This document shows, in pieces, positions 11,901-24,587 of a DNA stretch of 64,000 nt (position 1 is the first letter of the stretch; each line of letters opens with the position of its first letter). The stretch lies in NCBI RefSeq assembly GCF_037042905.1, contig NC_087251.1, positions 35,962,001 through 36,026,000 of the forward strand, read 5' to 3'. This DNA is from Lytechinus pictus. Lineage: Eukaryota. Both the position numbers and the translations under genes were made by a program. The notes under the pieces are model-generated. The model saw only the letters and a list, made by a program, of their open reading frames with translations. It did not search any database and was not told the origin of the DNA.

Positions 11901-14900
11901 GGTCGTATACACTCAAAGTTTATTGGCAACATTATCATTGAGAAACGATAATGTACTAATCGTCTTTACATTTCCATCATATTGGAATATTCTACGACGT
12001 TTAGCTAATAATAGAACGAATCCGTAGTTTGGTTTTGAAACGGTGCATAAACGAAACTAGGCATTATTATGCTTTACAATTTTCAGCGAACACATTACTG
12101 TATTTATGAATCGTTCGAGTATGTTCACCGTGCTACTAATGTACATGTACTGTTTGTTGATATGTACATAGAGTCTTCCCTACCGCCAGTATTCAGAACT
12201 GAAATTTGTTTTCTTTTGTACAAATGAAGCAAAGTTAAACAAAATTATGAACAAATAATCCGAAAAGATCTTAGCCCTGAGCTGAAATTGAGATATATAT
12301 ATATCTCATCAAAAGAAACTAAATCTAATTATTTTAATTATTTGGAAAAACCCAGGTTGCTTTGTTAAGCATTTTTATTTGCGCTGTGCTTCCATATTAG
12401 TTTACATTTTTTAAGTTACATTATGAAATGTAATTACTTCTATGTCATTGGTATTTATGAATGTATTGAGGCACTGTTATTTTAATGCACTAGCCAACAT
12501 TGAACAAATCTTAAATCAGAAGTGAACAATTTTATTATATTAATCTGATTTTCTTTTTTTCTGTAAGGTTAATCTGTAACCAGAGGGGGGGGGGGGGGAA
12601 TTGAAGGGAAATTCAAACAAAAATGAAATTCTTAAATTTTGTTATTTTGTATCGGTAAATAATATTTTTACCATTTTATAGTCGGTCTGCATATTAGAAT
12701 TATTCAAGGGAGAGTCTTTTTAGCCAAACAGTGATGCCACATGATCAAAATGGAATGAAGAGTGAAAGTGATTTTATTTGCCAAAATATTAGTTTAAAAA
12801 ATATAACTAAATTAGACTTATATTTTTTGCTTAAACTATGTTATTGTACAGTAGCAATTTCATTTTACTTTTTGTGCATTCATTATTCAACATTATTCGT
12901 TCATTGCTTTCAATTATCTCTCTCTCACGTCGTGCAATATTAGTAGTATTATGTTTACTAACTCAATACGTTCTTGCATACGTGTATTTTTTTAAAAGTA
13001 ATGGTAGTAGTAGATCAAACTCATCTTGCACAAATCATAGTGATTGTTGGCAATTTTTTGGGTTTTCCTTTTTATTTTGGAAGAGAATGTTTTCTCCTTG
13101 TAGGTAGTTTTTAAAGTTTGGGAATCATTATCAATACTAGCTCTACAATCTCTATTTTTGTTGTAATTATAAGTTTTATGTATTTTTTATTGTCTTTGGA
13201 ACTGTACCTGATGATTTCATTTGGAAATCAAATCCATAAAAGCCTGAGGAGAATACAAAACCATTAATCGTCATTTGTACATCTTTTATCATGTTTTAAA
13301 GGAATAGTTCATCTTAGAACTTCCCCATATTAAATTTTATTATTATGTAATCTTGTATGACTCAGATGTTATTTACATCTGGAACTGCCCATTATCATCA
13401 TCATCACCTAAAAGGCCTAGCTCGGTCTGGAACCAGAGATTGCACTAGATTTATTATTGGAATTCCTTCCATCATAAAGAGATTGAAGAAAATATCATGA
13501 TGATATTGACGATTTTTGTAATTTTGAACTAATCAAAGCTTTTAATTCATGCCATTGTTTCAAAAATCATATTCATTGGGGTAGTAGATATGTGGGATCA
13601 TATATTTATGAGACAATTTTGTCACAATCTGCATTCAATTCTTTTATGTTCTTTAATCAGGGTTGTGTTCAATTTTTATTTATATTATGAGTAACTTGCC
13701 ACAATTATTACTTTTTTTTTCTTTTCTGAAATTATGTAGTATTGCCGATGGAAAAAGAATGTTGCAATCCACGTGTGTTCTGGGTAATTTCTTTTCTTCA
13801 CAATTTGGTTTTGTGTGTGAGTGTGATTAAATTATATAGAACTTTTATATCAGGAAAAGCAAGTTTCAATTTTATTGTTTGATAATTATTGTCATAATAA
13901 AACCATTTTTGTGAACAAACATTGCTCTTAAGTTTTGACAAGATACCATCAGAAGTTATCTAAAATATGTCCAGGAAATGAATTTTCATGTTTATAGGCA
14001 TGTGTACACAGGGGGGTTTGACTTATTATTATTTTTTAAGATGTTGATTATTTGTTAATTTTATGAAACAAAATCACAGTCCCAAGATGAAAATCACTTT
14101 AGTTCAGAGCGTTTTGATTTGCTTTTAAGAAGTACTTTATGTTTAGGATGTAAAATGTATTATACCAAGATTTTATTTTTCATCTTTATCTAGGACTACT
14201 GATTAAAACTGGTAAGAATAATGTATTATTACTGTTCAAAGTATTTTCTATGTGATGGTTATGTAATTTATCATACATGATTTAAAGAGACGGTTCGATC
14301 AAACTTGTTTGTAGAATGTATGTTGTACCTCTTAGATCCATGAATATTATTTGGTATACATATATTTTTTGTAAGTGCATAGATTTTTTTTTCTAAAAAG
14401 ATGGAGTACTGATCAAGAAGGAAGGGATTTTAAGTTATTATATTACATTATTATCCAGTGATTTTCCTTATTATATGATGTAATGTTGATCTACATCTCG
14501 GTATATATTTATTCTTACTAATCATGATAGAGATTTACGATGATTTCTATTTTATGTATAACAAACTTCATATCAGGTATGACCCATATTTATTCATCAC
14601 AATAGAATATTTTGGGAATAAATTTGAATATCCATGCATTTATTTATCGCAAAACAATATTTAGGGAATAATTTGAATATCCATGCATTTATTTATCACA
14701 ATACAATGCTAAGGGAATAAATTTGAATAGCTTTTCATTTATTTATGCTGAAATCTGTCTGAAAATGTATGGATGGTATGTACTCTAAAGGTTAAGAAAT
14801 ATGACTATGCCTTTATCTATCCTGACTACAGTTCTCAATTGATAGGTCAGGCAAGGAAGTGAAAGGCGATAACGAACAAACACTTGAAGAGCCATGTGAC

Positions 14901-15160
14901 CTCAAAGTGTACCATTTTAGCACCATTTTTCCCCCCTTTTTGTATTTGGTACCAAAGAAATATTTGGTAACCATGTATTATTGTTATTCATATCATTGTC
15001 TCGCATGCTTTGTACACTTACACAAAATCGTATAGTGCAAGTAAGAACTAAAAAAAAAGAAGAAAAAACATTGTACAGTATATTGTAGTTAAGAATAATA
15101 CTTCGTTCAACCTTTGTAAGAAACTCGTTGGGAAATAAATGATAAAGCAAAATGTATCAT
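8958..15160 (+). other. FOXN2/3: Probable long 3'UTR of FoxN2/3 (candidate polyA signal AATAAA 15134-15139)
   Basis: About 6 kb of U-rich, nearly repeat-free sequence after the stop. AATAAA is followed by a GU/U-rich tract, and repeats resume after ~15400. The end point is inferred; other AATAAA sites exist (e.g. ~13896). Confidence 0.5.
14588..14745. repeat. Minisatellite, ~50 bp x3
   Basis: Unit ATTTATT.ATC.CAA.A.AAT....GGGAATAA(A)TTTGAATATCCATGC is repeated three times. Confidence 0.8.
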
Positions 15161-16344
15161 TGCTTGTTCTTTATTGATTGTACCATTTCTTGTTCATCAT
15201 GTTATTCTGTATGAAAATAGAATGCGAATAGGAGAGGGGGGGATAGGGCATATTGTGTCATCGCTTGATCTTGATGAATTGTACTTGTATGTTGCATTAT
15301 TTACATCATTATACAATGAAAAGAATGAAGGATAAGAAAAATGTTATTGCTTGTTATTTATGAATTTTACCTTTGATATTAAATTGTTTTATGTGAGATT
15401 GATGTGATAGAGAAAGAGGAAATATACACAAAATATTAGAGTGGAGAAGAGAGGGAGAGAAACAAATACAGACAGATGGATAGGCATACATAGAGAGAGA
15501 GAGAGAGAGGGTGAGAGACAACCAGACAGAGTAAAAGATATTTCATATGGAATGATAGATAAACAAAAAAAAAATTGGAAATGGAAATGTGGAAGACAAT
15601 CAGAATTTCACATTTGTGGTCAGGATTTCATATTTATGGATGAAAAAATCAACACTGCACTTGGCTAAAGAAGCCAAATCTGGGAAACCTCAAAGTTCAT
15701 TATGAAGTGGAGTTATGATTGATGAATTGAACACACATATCATGCACTTGAGCGTTGGCAAGATCAACCCCTTAAATAATCATTATCGTCGCCCATGGCA
15801 ACATTCAGCTTAGCATAATACTTGTACTCTGAGATGATTACAAACACATCCAACTATTTTACTTGATTTCCCTGATTTATATAACAAGCATTTCTTCAAC
15901 AAAGGTAGCTGACAGAATTCCTTGCGATTTCAGTGCATGAGCAATTTTACTACAAAATTTTACTGCAAAACTACAAAGTTAAACAAACTTTGAATTTATG
16001 TCTTCATTTTAGAGATCTATGTTTAGATGAGGACATGTATTGAAAGTTTGCTTTGTTAAAATGTTTTGCACATAAAAGTTGGTCTGAGAGCTCATATTAA
16101 AACTTAACAGCAAAAACATTGTTATCACAGTTTTGCCTATAATAAACTTGATGTTTTACTGAAGCTATACTTAAAATTGTTTTCTCTTTATTTTGGTGTA
16201 CTGAGCAGTTATCAAAAGCCACTCAAGGGACTAAATTTTCACTTTCCAAAACTAAATGATGGTTAGCAATTATAATGATGCTATCATACATGCTATATAG
16301 CAAGCACTTTTATAGCAAGAGCACCTGTCTATAAAAACACATAA

Positions 16345-16590
16345 GGGTCATATGGTCTAGTGGTTAGAGCATTGGACTTCTGATTTTGAGTTCAAAACCC
16401 CTCTCAAGCCATTATCTCCATTTTTACGTAAAAGACCCAAGAGTAATTTCTGTCGCTTTTGAGGTCAGCCACTATGACTGATAAACTTAGACATACAACT
16501 TCTCCTCGGTAATGCGTTGTACCAGCCTGGCATTGATGTGGTGGAAAGATGTGCTGCCAATTTCCTTGCATTATTCCAGTGAAACAGTTC
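16345..16590 (+). mobile_element. Degenerate tRNA-derived SINE
   Basis: A box TGGTCTAGTGG at 16353 and B-box-like GAGTTCAAAACC at ~16388; no cloverleaf. The 3' boundary is approximate. Confidence 0.55.
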
Positions 16591-17234
16591 TAGGCATGTC
16601 TTCATGAATATTCATTATATGGTCTCTTGATGTCACATCCCCACTTCCCTTTTTCTTATGTCATTACATCAATTTTTCATAAATGTGTAAATGATGTGTC
16701 TCCATTATCATGAAATAAGTTGCAGCAAGAAATAACTAATGCACTTAATCAGTTGTCAATCCAATTGTTTTAGTTCTTGGTAAGAAAATTTTGAATAAAC
16801 CTGATTTCATATAATAAAATACAAAAGAACAAGTGGAGATATGACATTATCAGCCCACCTAATGAATACTCATGGAGACATGACTAGAACTTTTTCACCG
16901 GAATAATGCAATTCTTTGAAATTCAATAACTTTGTTATTTGATTTTGATCAAATTTTCAGCATTTTGCTCTGTGAATTGAGTGAAACCCGTCCTAACTTC
17001 CATGACTTTGCCTCGGGAAAAAATTAATAAATTTAAATAGCTGCAGTATAGTCAGTCCCTTCCTTACTGATATATTTATTTTGAATATATTACAAAATGT
17101 TACAGAGATTTCAAAGAAAAAGAAATTATTGACCAAAATATGAGATTGATTCATGTTCATTTCATGGAGAATGGAAAATTACATTGAGTGGTGAATGGGA
17201 AAAAAAAAGGTAATTAAGGCTCCTGAAATCTTAA

Positions 17235-17819
17235 AGGTCAAGTCCACCCCAGGAAAATGCTGACTTGAATAAATAGAGAAAAATCAAACTAGCATAGTGC
17301 TGAAAATTTCATCAATATCAGATGTAAAATAAGAAAGACATTTAAAGTTTCGCTTATTTTTCACAAAACAGTGATATGCACAACTAGGTGAGTCAGTCGA
17401 TGATGTCCATCACTCACTATTTCCTTTGTTTTTCATTGTTTGAATAATATGATATTTCATTTTTTATACATTTTAAAATAAGGACCAACTTGACTGAACC
17501 ATATAGTATTAAACAATGCTAATTCCGCATGTTCAGGGAGGAATTAATCGTTGTATCACTTGACAATGAGGAGAAAATTAGAATATTTCAGATTTCATAT
17601 AATAAAATACAAAAGAAATAGTGAGTGGATGACGTCACAGTCTCCTCATTTGCATACCAGCCAGGATGTGCATATAACTGTTTTGTGAAATTAAGCGAAA
17701 CTTTAAAATGTCATAACTTTCTTAATTTACATCCGATTTTGATGAAATTTTTAGTGCTATGCTTGTTGGATTTTTCTCTATTCATTCAAAACAACTTTTT
17801 GGTGGGGTGGACTTGTCCT
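17235..17819. mobile_element. Non-autonomous TTAA-target DNA transposon (Kolobok-like MITE)
   Basis: TTAA|AGGTCAAGTCCACCCC ... GGGGTGGACTTGTCCT|TTAA: 16-bp TIR, TTAA TSD, AG..CT termini. A related internal fragment lies at ~16600-16975. Confidence 0.85.
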
Positions 17820-18989
17820 TTAAGTAAGATTCTCAGAATGATTGTCTTCTTCAATAAATATCAAATAAATCTGCATTTCAAACATGGTCTTATATAGGTA
17901 AACTCATATCCAACTTGCTTTCCTTTTGTCCAATCCACTCCTTTATTCTAATGAAATGATCAAACCATGTTTACAGAATGATCAAGCTCATAAATGTATT
18001 GAAAATGATTTCAAATTGCCTCTCTCTTGAAGTGGCGCTGTATGAATACTTTTGATATGAAGTGGTCCAAGCCTTTGAGCAAACATACATTGTATTTCTT
18101 GTTGCCATGCCGACTTTGTATATATCTTTCCCTCTCTCTGGTAAAAAAAAAATTGTTATGGCGTAATTTGATACCAGCTGTAAGCATGACAAACAAGAAA
18201 GGCTTCTGGTGAAGAGACAGTTGCCATGGTAACCACGTAGCCAACAGGAACTTTTACTCTCCTTTGCTCTTCACTGACGAGATTAATCCAAATTTGAGAC
18301 TAATTTGGTTGTCATGGAAACTGCAAGCATCACTGCCATGTGAGATGTGTTTGTGTCTCTTCCTGCCTTATAAATCTTTAGTGCGCATTGTGCATCATGT
18401 AAAGCCTCCATCTTGTATCTAGGGAACTTGATCCTTTATGGTTTTAGATTGCTTCTCACCGCCCCTCCTCTCCATGTATATTTGCTTTCTAAATTTAGAG
18501 GCTAGTTGTACTACTGATCAGATTTCAGCTACATGAACTATGAAAGTGCCCCTAACATGGCGATGTAAAATGTAACCTACAGCATGCCAAAATGAAAAAC
18601 CACCAAATTCAATCTTCATCAAAAGTATTTAACATAATTATATTGAGTCTTGAGATAGGTTGAAATGTAGGAATTTTTTTTTCTTCTTCATATTTAGAAT
18701 TGTACTGCAATATACTCTTGCTTTTTATTTTGATTCAAATTTGTTTTGATTTCAATCAATTGTTTAGTAATCTCTTTACATTTATACTTTCATTCATGTT
18801 TGTTTAATCATTAAAATACATGCGTGCATTCATTCATCTATCTATTCATTTAATCATTCCAAACCAAAGCCATTCATTCATTCATCCATTTATTCATTTA
18901 TCCGTTTAATTGAAATTCTTCCTGCAATGGGCCCCTGAACTCTGTCATTGCAATAATGTTCCTTACATTTATAATATTGTGTTATTTGA

Positions 18990-19245
18990 CCCCCCCCCAC
19001 TCTCTCTCTCATTTCCCTCTTTTATTTCTTTTTCCCCTTTCTTTTCTCCTTCTCTCTCTCTTATTGCCCTCTTTTCTTTTCTCTTTCTCTTGTTCACCTC
19101 TTTCATTTCTATTCTCCCTTTCTTTTTTTATTTTTCTCTCTTTTTTTTTATTTTCCCCTCTTTTTTTATTTCCTTTCTCCCTTTCTTTTCTCTTTGTCTT
19201 TTTTTTCTCTCTCTCCCCATCTCCTCTCTTTCCTTCTCTTTCTAT
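18990..19245. repeat. Pyrimidine-rich low-complexity (CT/TTC) tract
   Basis: About 250 nt of almost only C and T; source of the spurious F/L/S and K/R/E ORFs. Confidence 0.9.
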
Positions 19246-19839
19246 AGGTGTGTATAATTTCAACCCCTTTTCTGTCTATCCTCTTTTCTATTGCACCTCT
19301 TGCTAATATCACACTCCATCACTCCCACATCTATAACATAAAAACCTTAAATCTTTGCCAATCTCTCTTTCTGTTGGTTCTATCTTTAACTTTTAAAGTC
19401 AATAAGGAAGGAAAACAGCATACATTGACTTTCATTTCAGGCATTTTTATAATATTTAAACCATAACAATTGTCAATCATATGATTTGTTCTTGCATACT
19501 TAAAATGTGCATGATCAAAAAGACAATGTTGTGATACAAGATTATCCAGACTCGATGCCCATTTCACATTGGCTGAATTTGAACACAGATGGCAGCATTC
19601 ATATTACACAGCAGGGACAGTATCAGTTTATAACAGAATTTTCCCCCCCATTTTTTTTCAAATAATAAAAAAATGAGTGTAAAGAATGTTGATACACAGT
19701 AATCTATTATCCACAAGAAATGTATAGATCTGTAAATTTAATTCATTATCAGAAATTATACAAACAAGATGCATATTTTTCCAGTTTGTTGAATTTCCCC
19801 AAATAAGGGGCTCAGTCTGTAAAGTATCTGCCTGTCTAA

Positions 19840-20085
19840 CCAAAGGTTGTGGGTTGAAGCCCGTCCCTCGGATAGGATGTTAATGGAGGCCCTGTGTAGA
19901 GGATAGTCACACCATTGTACTTTCAGAACCCACTGCACTATTTGTATAAGAGTAGGGGGAAACCCCGGTGTAGTGGTCTACCTGCACTCCCCCCAATCAG
20001 TTATATCAGGAGAGACCTGCAGGTCATAGTTATTCAGTTTGCTCTTCGCCTCACAACACAGGTGATGCCAAACAAACAATAATAA
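19840..20085 (+). mobile_element. 5'-degenerate SINE with a conserved central core (MetaSINE-like) and A-rich tail
   Basis: CCCTCGGATAGGATGTTAATGGAGGCCC...AGAACCCACTGCACTATTTGTATAAGAGTAGGGG resembles the Meta SINE core (recognised from memory). Ends in CAAACAAACAATAATAA. Confidence 0.55.
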
Positions 20086-21138
20086 GGGCAAATTGATGCT
20101 GATTATTTTTCACAAATCATGTGGAAAACTTTAAATTAAACAAACAGGTGCTTTTTTCTTTTAATGTACTTTTTTTTCCTTCAGTGTTCTATGAATGTAC
20201 ATGTATTCTACTATATGATTCATTTAAGAGAAATGAAATTCAAATTGCTTAGGAGATGAAATAAGCAGGACTTTATATAAATTCATGAAAAATTTGTATT
20301 GGCTATTTGTGTGGACCAACTTATGAAAATGTTATATCTTTCTTTTTCTAGACAAAGTGGAAGTTCAAAATGGGCCACGCCGTCATAACTCCGGATCAAT
20401 TCCCATAATTCGAGTACCAAAAGATGCACAAAGAAACTATCTACATTATCTGGTCCAAAAGGTGGTGTATGATTAAATTTGGATAATTTCAATGGTGGCG
20501 ATCACTATCATTTTGCTTGATTTATTTTATTAAATAGGATACATATTAAAACCATTCAAAGTATGAAATATGAAATTTGATCCATTAGATCTACAATTAT
20601 GCATACTGGTAAAATAAAAACCAGGGGAGCATTACATGAAAAATATTGCTGGTCTTTTTTATCTGACAACTGTAATAAACTACTGAAATTCTTGCATTTG
20701 ATTGGCTCAAAGCAAAATAAGTCTGTGAAAAATCACTATTTACTTTGTGAAACTGTACAAAGTACATCAAAGGTTATGGGGATCTTTTCAAAATGTGATA
20801 ATTTCATCAGGTAGAATTAATGATATAAAAGTCCTCATGATACACATCACCACTTTATTCCAATAAACAGCCAAATATTTTGTTACCCTAGGAAAAATTC
20901 TTGATTTTCCTTTCCTGTTAGGTAAACTGACACATAATTGCATCAAGTCAAATCATAAATATCACTTACGAATTCTCTGTCCCTTCCTATAATAATGTCT
21001 TGTGGCATTCCAGTCTATGGCTTCATGGATTAGAACAGCCTATGCAAATCTTGGATGTTGAATGCTGACTATTCAGTTCATTCAAGATCTAGGAATCTAC
21101 TGTCACACAATCCTACAAGCCTTAGGCTAGGTGGCAAT

Positions 21139-21435
21139 CACTTCAGAACATCCTTGCTTGCCTACACTGTAATCAAACAACCTCCCATTGTAAAACTTTC
21201 CTTCTCTGTCTAGGATGTAGAAAAGCCAGTGACCTTTGACTTTGATAGACAACCCCGAGGCTGTTCAGTTCATCCAAACCTTGATCATCACTTCAGAACA
21301 TCCTGTGTATACCTATACTGTAATCAAACAACCTTGCATTGTCAAATTTTCCTTCCTTGTCCAGGATGTAGAATAGCCATTGACCTTTGATAGATAACCC
21401 CAAGGCTGTTCAGTTCATCCAAACCTTGGTCCTCA
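21139..21435 (-). repeat. Two degenerate tandem copies of the TMEM223 C-terminal coding end plus stop, in the 3'UTR
   Basis: Stop-codon-equivalent TGA at 21438 (real), 21293 and 21143, giving periods of 145 and 150 bp. The copies translate as IKGQWLFYILDKEGKFDNARLFDYSIGIHRMF* and IKVKGHWLFYILDREGKFYNGRLFDYSVGK(fs). Confidence 0.92.
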
Positions 21436-21437
21436 CT

Positions 21438-21730
21438 TCAGAACATCCTGTGCATACCTACACTATAATCAAACAACCTTGCATTGTAAAACTTTCCTTC
21501 CTTGTCCAAGATGTAGAAAAGTCGGTGACCCTTGACCTTGATGGGCAGTTGGGTACGGATCCCATCTCTAGAATGTTCACAGGAGATGTTGTTGATTGAT
21601 GTAGTGAATCTCCACGGTAAGCCAAAGAGACCGTAGGTCTGGATTGTGGCACTCTCACCACCCTTCCTGAGGACAATGCGGTATATTGATCTCCGAGAAT
21701 ATACCAAGGATGCTATGAAAATGATGGAAC
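21438..21730 (-). CDS. TMEM223: TMEM223 last coding exon
   Basis: TTTCACAG acceptor. RRSIYRIVLRKGG...QTYGLFG...ISC...LPIKVKGHRLFYILDKEGKFYNARLFDYSVGMHRMF* matches the TMEM223 C-terminus (LPLKVKGRRFYFLLDKTGHFPNTKLFDNTVG). Confidence 0.93.
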
Positions 21731-22165
21731 CTGTGAAAGGAAATGAATAAGAGGGTTAATGAGGATTGCAGAGGTATTCAGCAAAGAAGGTAGAGGGAAA
21801 ATGAGGAAGAGAGAGACGAGGCAAAGAGAGAAGGAGCTGCAGAAAGAAAGCAAAATTCACTATTTACGAAAGATGACCATTATGGTTTTGTCTAACCATG
21901 TAACTTTTATCCTCTATGACCCAATGAGAAAATTAAAACTTTTAATGTACATTCAGCCTTTTCATTTGTCTGACATCTAAATATCAAATATTGTTTCTTA
22001 AAATCATGAGATGGACAGTATCATCAAAAGAAACAATTACTATTTTCAACTTTGAAAAGTTTGATGTGTGAATCATTGACCATTCTGTATTGGTGTGTCA
22101 CAAATGATAATAGCTAAATGGCACTTTATTGAATGTAATTTTCATTTACTTGCAGTCATAGTTAC

Positions 22166-22706
22166 CTGCACACATGCTGAGTGCTGTGATAGTGTACCGC
22201 CATAATCCCGAGCTTAGTTGCACCCTTATTCCCGACCAGGACTTCCAGTTCTTCACTTCCGTCGGTGGACCTTCCTCTCCGTACTTGACCTTCATGTATG
22301 TATCAGTGTCCTTCATGGTCAGGAAGGCTGTGTGAGTCAGGTAACCCCAGAAGAACACCTGCGCACATGCAAACACTCCTAGGATCCGAAAGAAAGTGGT
22401 CTTGTCACTTTTGTAGAGCAGCACGTCCCTCATAACCTCCGTCTTGGAGTACTGACTGAATGTCCTCAAGCATGGAAGAAACGATATATTCCTATGGACA
22501 CCATCTTTAATTCCTTGACATCTGTGACTCCTTAGAGCTAGCCTGCCACACCAGAAGTTTGGGATACTCTCTAAGGGCACTTTGATGGTTTTGGTGTGGA
22601 AGAAATTCTTGTGTGACCATGTTAATCTGTGCTTCCATATTTGGCAGGTCCAGGCCTTTGCTGCTGGTGTGTTAAGTTGTCTTGTTAAAAGCGCTGCGGA
22701 AAACAT
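22166..22706 (-). CDS. TMEM223: TMEM223 first coding exon (mitochondrial inner-membrane protein; basic N-terminal presequence-like region)
   Basis: ATG at 22706; DVLLYKSDKTTFFRILGVFACAQVFFWGYL family motif; G|GTAAC donor at 22165. 541+293 nt = 834 nt, 277 aa. Confidence 0.92.
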
Positions 22707-23863
22707 CGTCTCGGACTCTCACTCAGTCTTAATATGCATGGGAATCGATTAGTCACCTGATGATCTGGGCGAGCTGCATTCAGAATCTGTAGACTGTATA
22801 AGATAGCAGGGAAAACACATAGGTATAGTAATTACAATTTTTTATGCATTTTGACAATTTTTTCATTCTTATAATGGCCAAGACTTGTCCCATTTCTTTC
22901 AAACTTTTCACCATTCTAAATTGATTTTTTTTCTACTCACCAAGCTCACACAAATTTTGTTACATATAACAATACCTTTATACCACATCTACTGGAAAAA
23001 TAATGTTGTTCCTGCAGTCAAGTTTCCAGGTCTATCTTGTTGTCTTCCTAAGTTGGATAAATTCGAAAACCGAGACTGTGCTAAACTGTGCTGTGCCAGT
23101 CTTCCTTTAATTATTTTTCTTCCTATTTTTTGTAATTCATGTTTTATTGATCCTTTTCATTCATAGTAAGCATAACAAAACATTGATGATATAACGGACC
23201 ACATTATAAGATTATAATGACGTTGGCATATAAAATAACATGTATAACAACATCCGTTTGTTTACAAGACACAAAAATGATCAGGCACTTGGCCTACAAA
23301 GTACAAAAAACATAACGAAACAAGCCTTCTGCTTTTTTCGCCTCTTTATGGTATTCAAAATGATAACCCACTTGCCAACATGCTTTTCTAATTTGCATTT
23401 CCTTTAAGCTATAGTATGTTGAACAGTTTCAAATTAGAAAATTAAAAGATAGTTACAAAAGCGGGAGAGATTAGTCTAGCATCTAGGTTTTGTTTCGTTA
23501 CGTTTCTTCCTAAAAAAAATCCTATATTGCTGATCCTCCGAGCTCCCTTGCCTTAATAACAGATTGAGCTTTAATGTAAGTAAATTACGAGTAAGTCGGA
23601 CTCGTGACCTAGTACTACGCTACGGTCTAGAAGCGTTCACTTAAAGACGTTAAAGTTTTAGGTCCAAATCACCAACACAAAATTACGTGCGAGGGACTGA
23701 TGTGATCACACTGACTGAGACAGGTCGAGTGAGCGTGGTTGCTTAAAAATTTCCACATAGAGAGCCATAAATAAAAAGTTCAGCTTTTATTTCACAATTT
23801 CTCTTAATGCCAGGAAATCTTTTTTAAAAAATAAAGTGATTACTATACATGAATTCAACTTAC

Positions 23864-24030
23864 AAATTCGAATTAGACACTTGTTCAATCCGACGACAAT
23901 GCACGGATGCGTCGAGTTCAATGCTAGAACACAAAGTTAATTCGGATACGGATTCATAGTTGACGACGGCGACACCTCACGAAATGTACTACCGGTATTT
24001 CTACGATTCAATTGGGAGCAAAAATCGCAA
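23864..24030 (-). promoter_or_regulatory. TMEM223: Putative TMEM223 promoter and non-coding first exon
   Basis: CpG-rich patch ending at a minus-strand GTAAGT donor (ACTTAC 23858-23863). A matching acceptor (TATACAG, 22794) lies upstream of the ATG. Confidence 0.5.
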
Positions 24031-24587
24031 TTTGCAAATTAAACAGTATAAACTTTTTATTGTTTATCGAATTAACTTTTTATTATTTATATAATTGATT
24101 GTTAGATTAATTACAATATAAATATTTTGGGTAATTACATGCAGTTTGCCTTTAACTTAGATGAATGCTTAAAAAGGGGCGGCTAACATATTTTTCGCTG
24201 GGGGGGGGGGCAGGGGGCAAAGCCAAAAATAGCACTTCAGTCAAAGAGGGCATTTGGGTGCAAACATATATTTTTGCCATTAGATTATGGTTTTGCCTGA
24301 AGTAGCAATATACATTGCTGTTTCGTGGTAATATACATGTAAGTTGAACAAAACTTTTTTTATGTGATTTCTGATGCCTGGTTAAAAATAAAATATATAG
24401 GCTCTATATCTATCCTGCGAGATAGCATAGGGAACGAGCAGTATCTGGAAACTGCAAGTTCTAAAATTCCCTTTGAGGTATATTCTGCAGATAATTTTTA
24501 TTCAAAAGTATTTCCTTCCCCTTGAAGAGATTTTGTTTGTTGAATATAATGTATTAACCTTTTTTATCATTTGAAGTGAACGTGATG

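Noticed and set aside
18910..19306. 115-116 aa hydrophobic ORFs and an 84 aa K/R/E ORF
   Set aside because: Translations of a C/T low-complexity tract.
21293..21440. Stop-codon readthrough of TMEM223 into the duplicated C-terminus
   Set aside because: The 145-nt period puts copy 2 out of frame, and there is no TGA-CTAG readthrough context.
23180..23440. Possible L1/Tx1 3' remnant in the TMEM223 5'UTR intron
   Set aside because: Only a faint motif resemblance across frameshifts; too degenerate to call.
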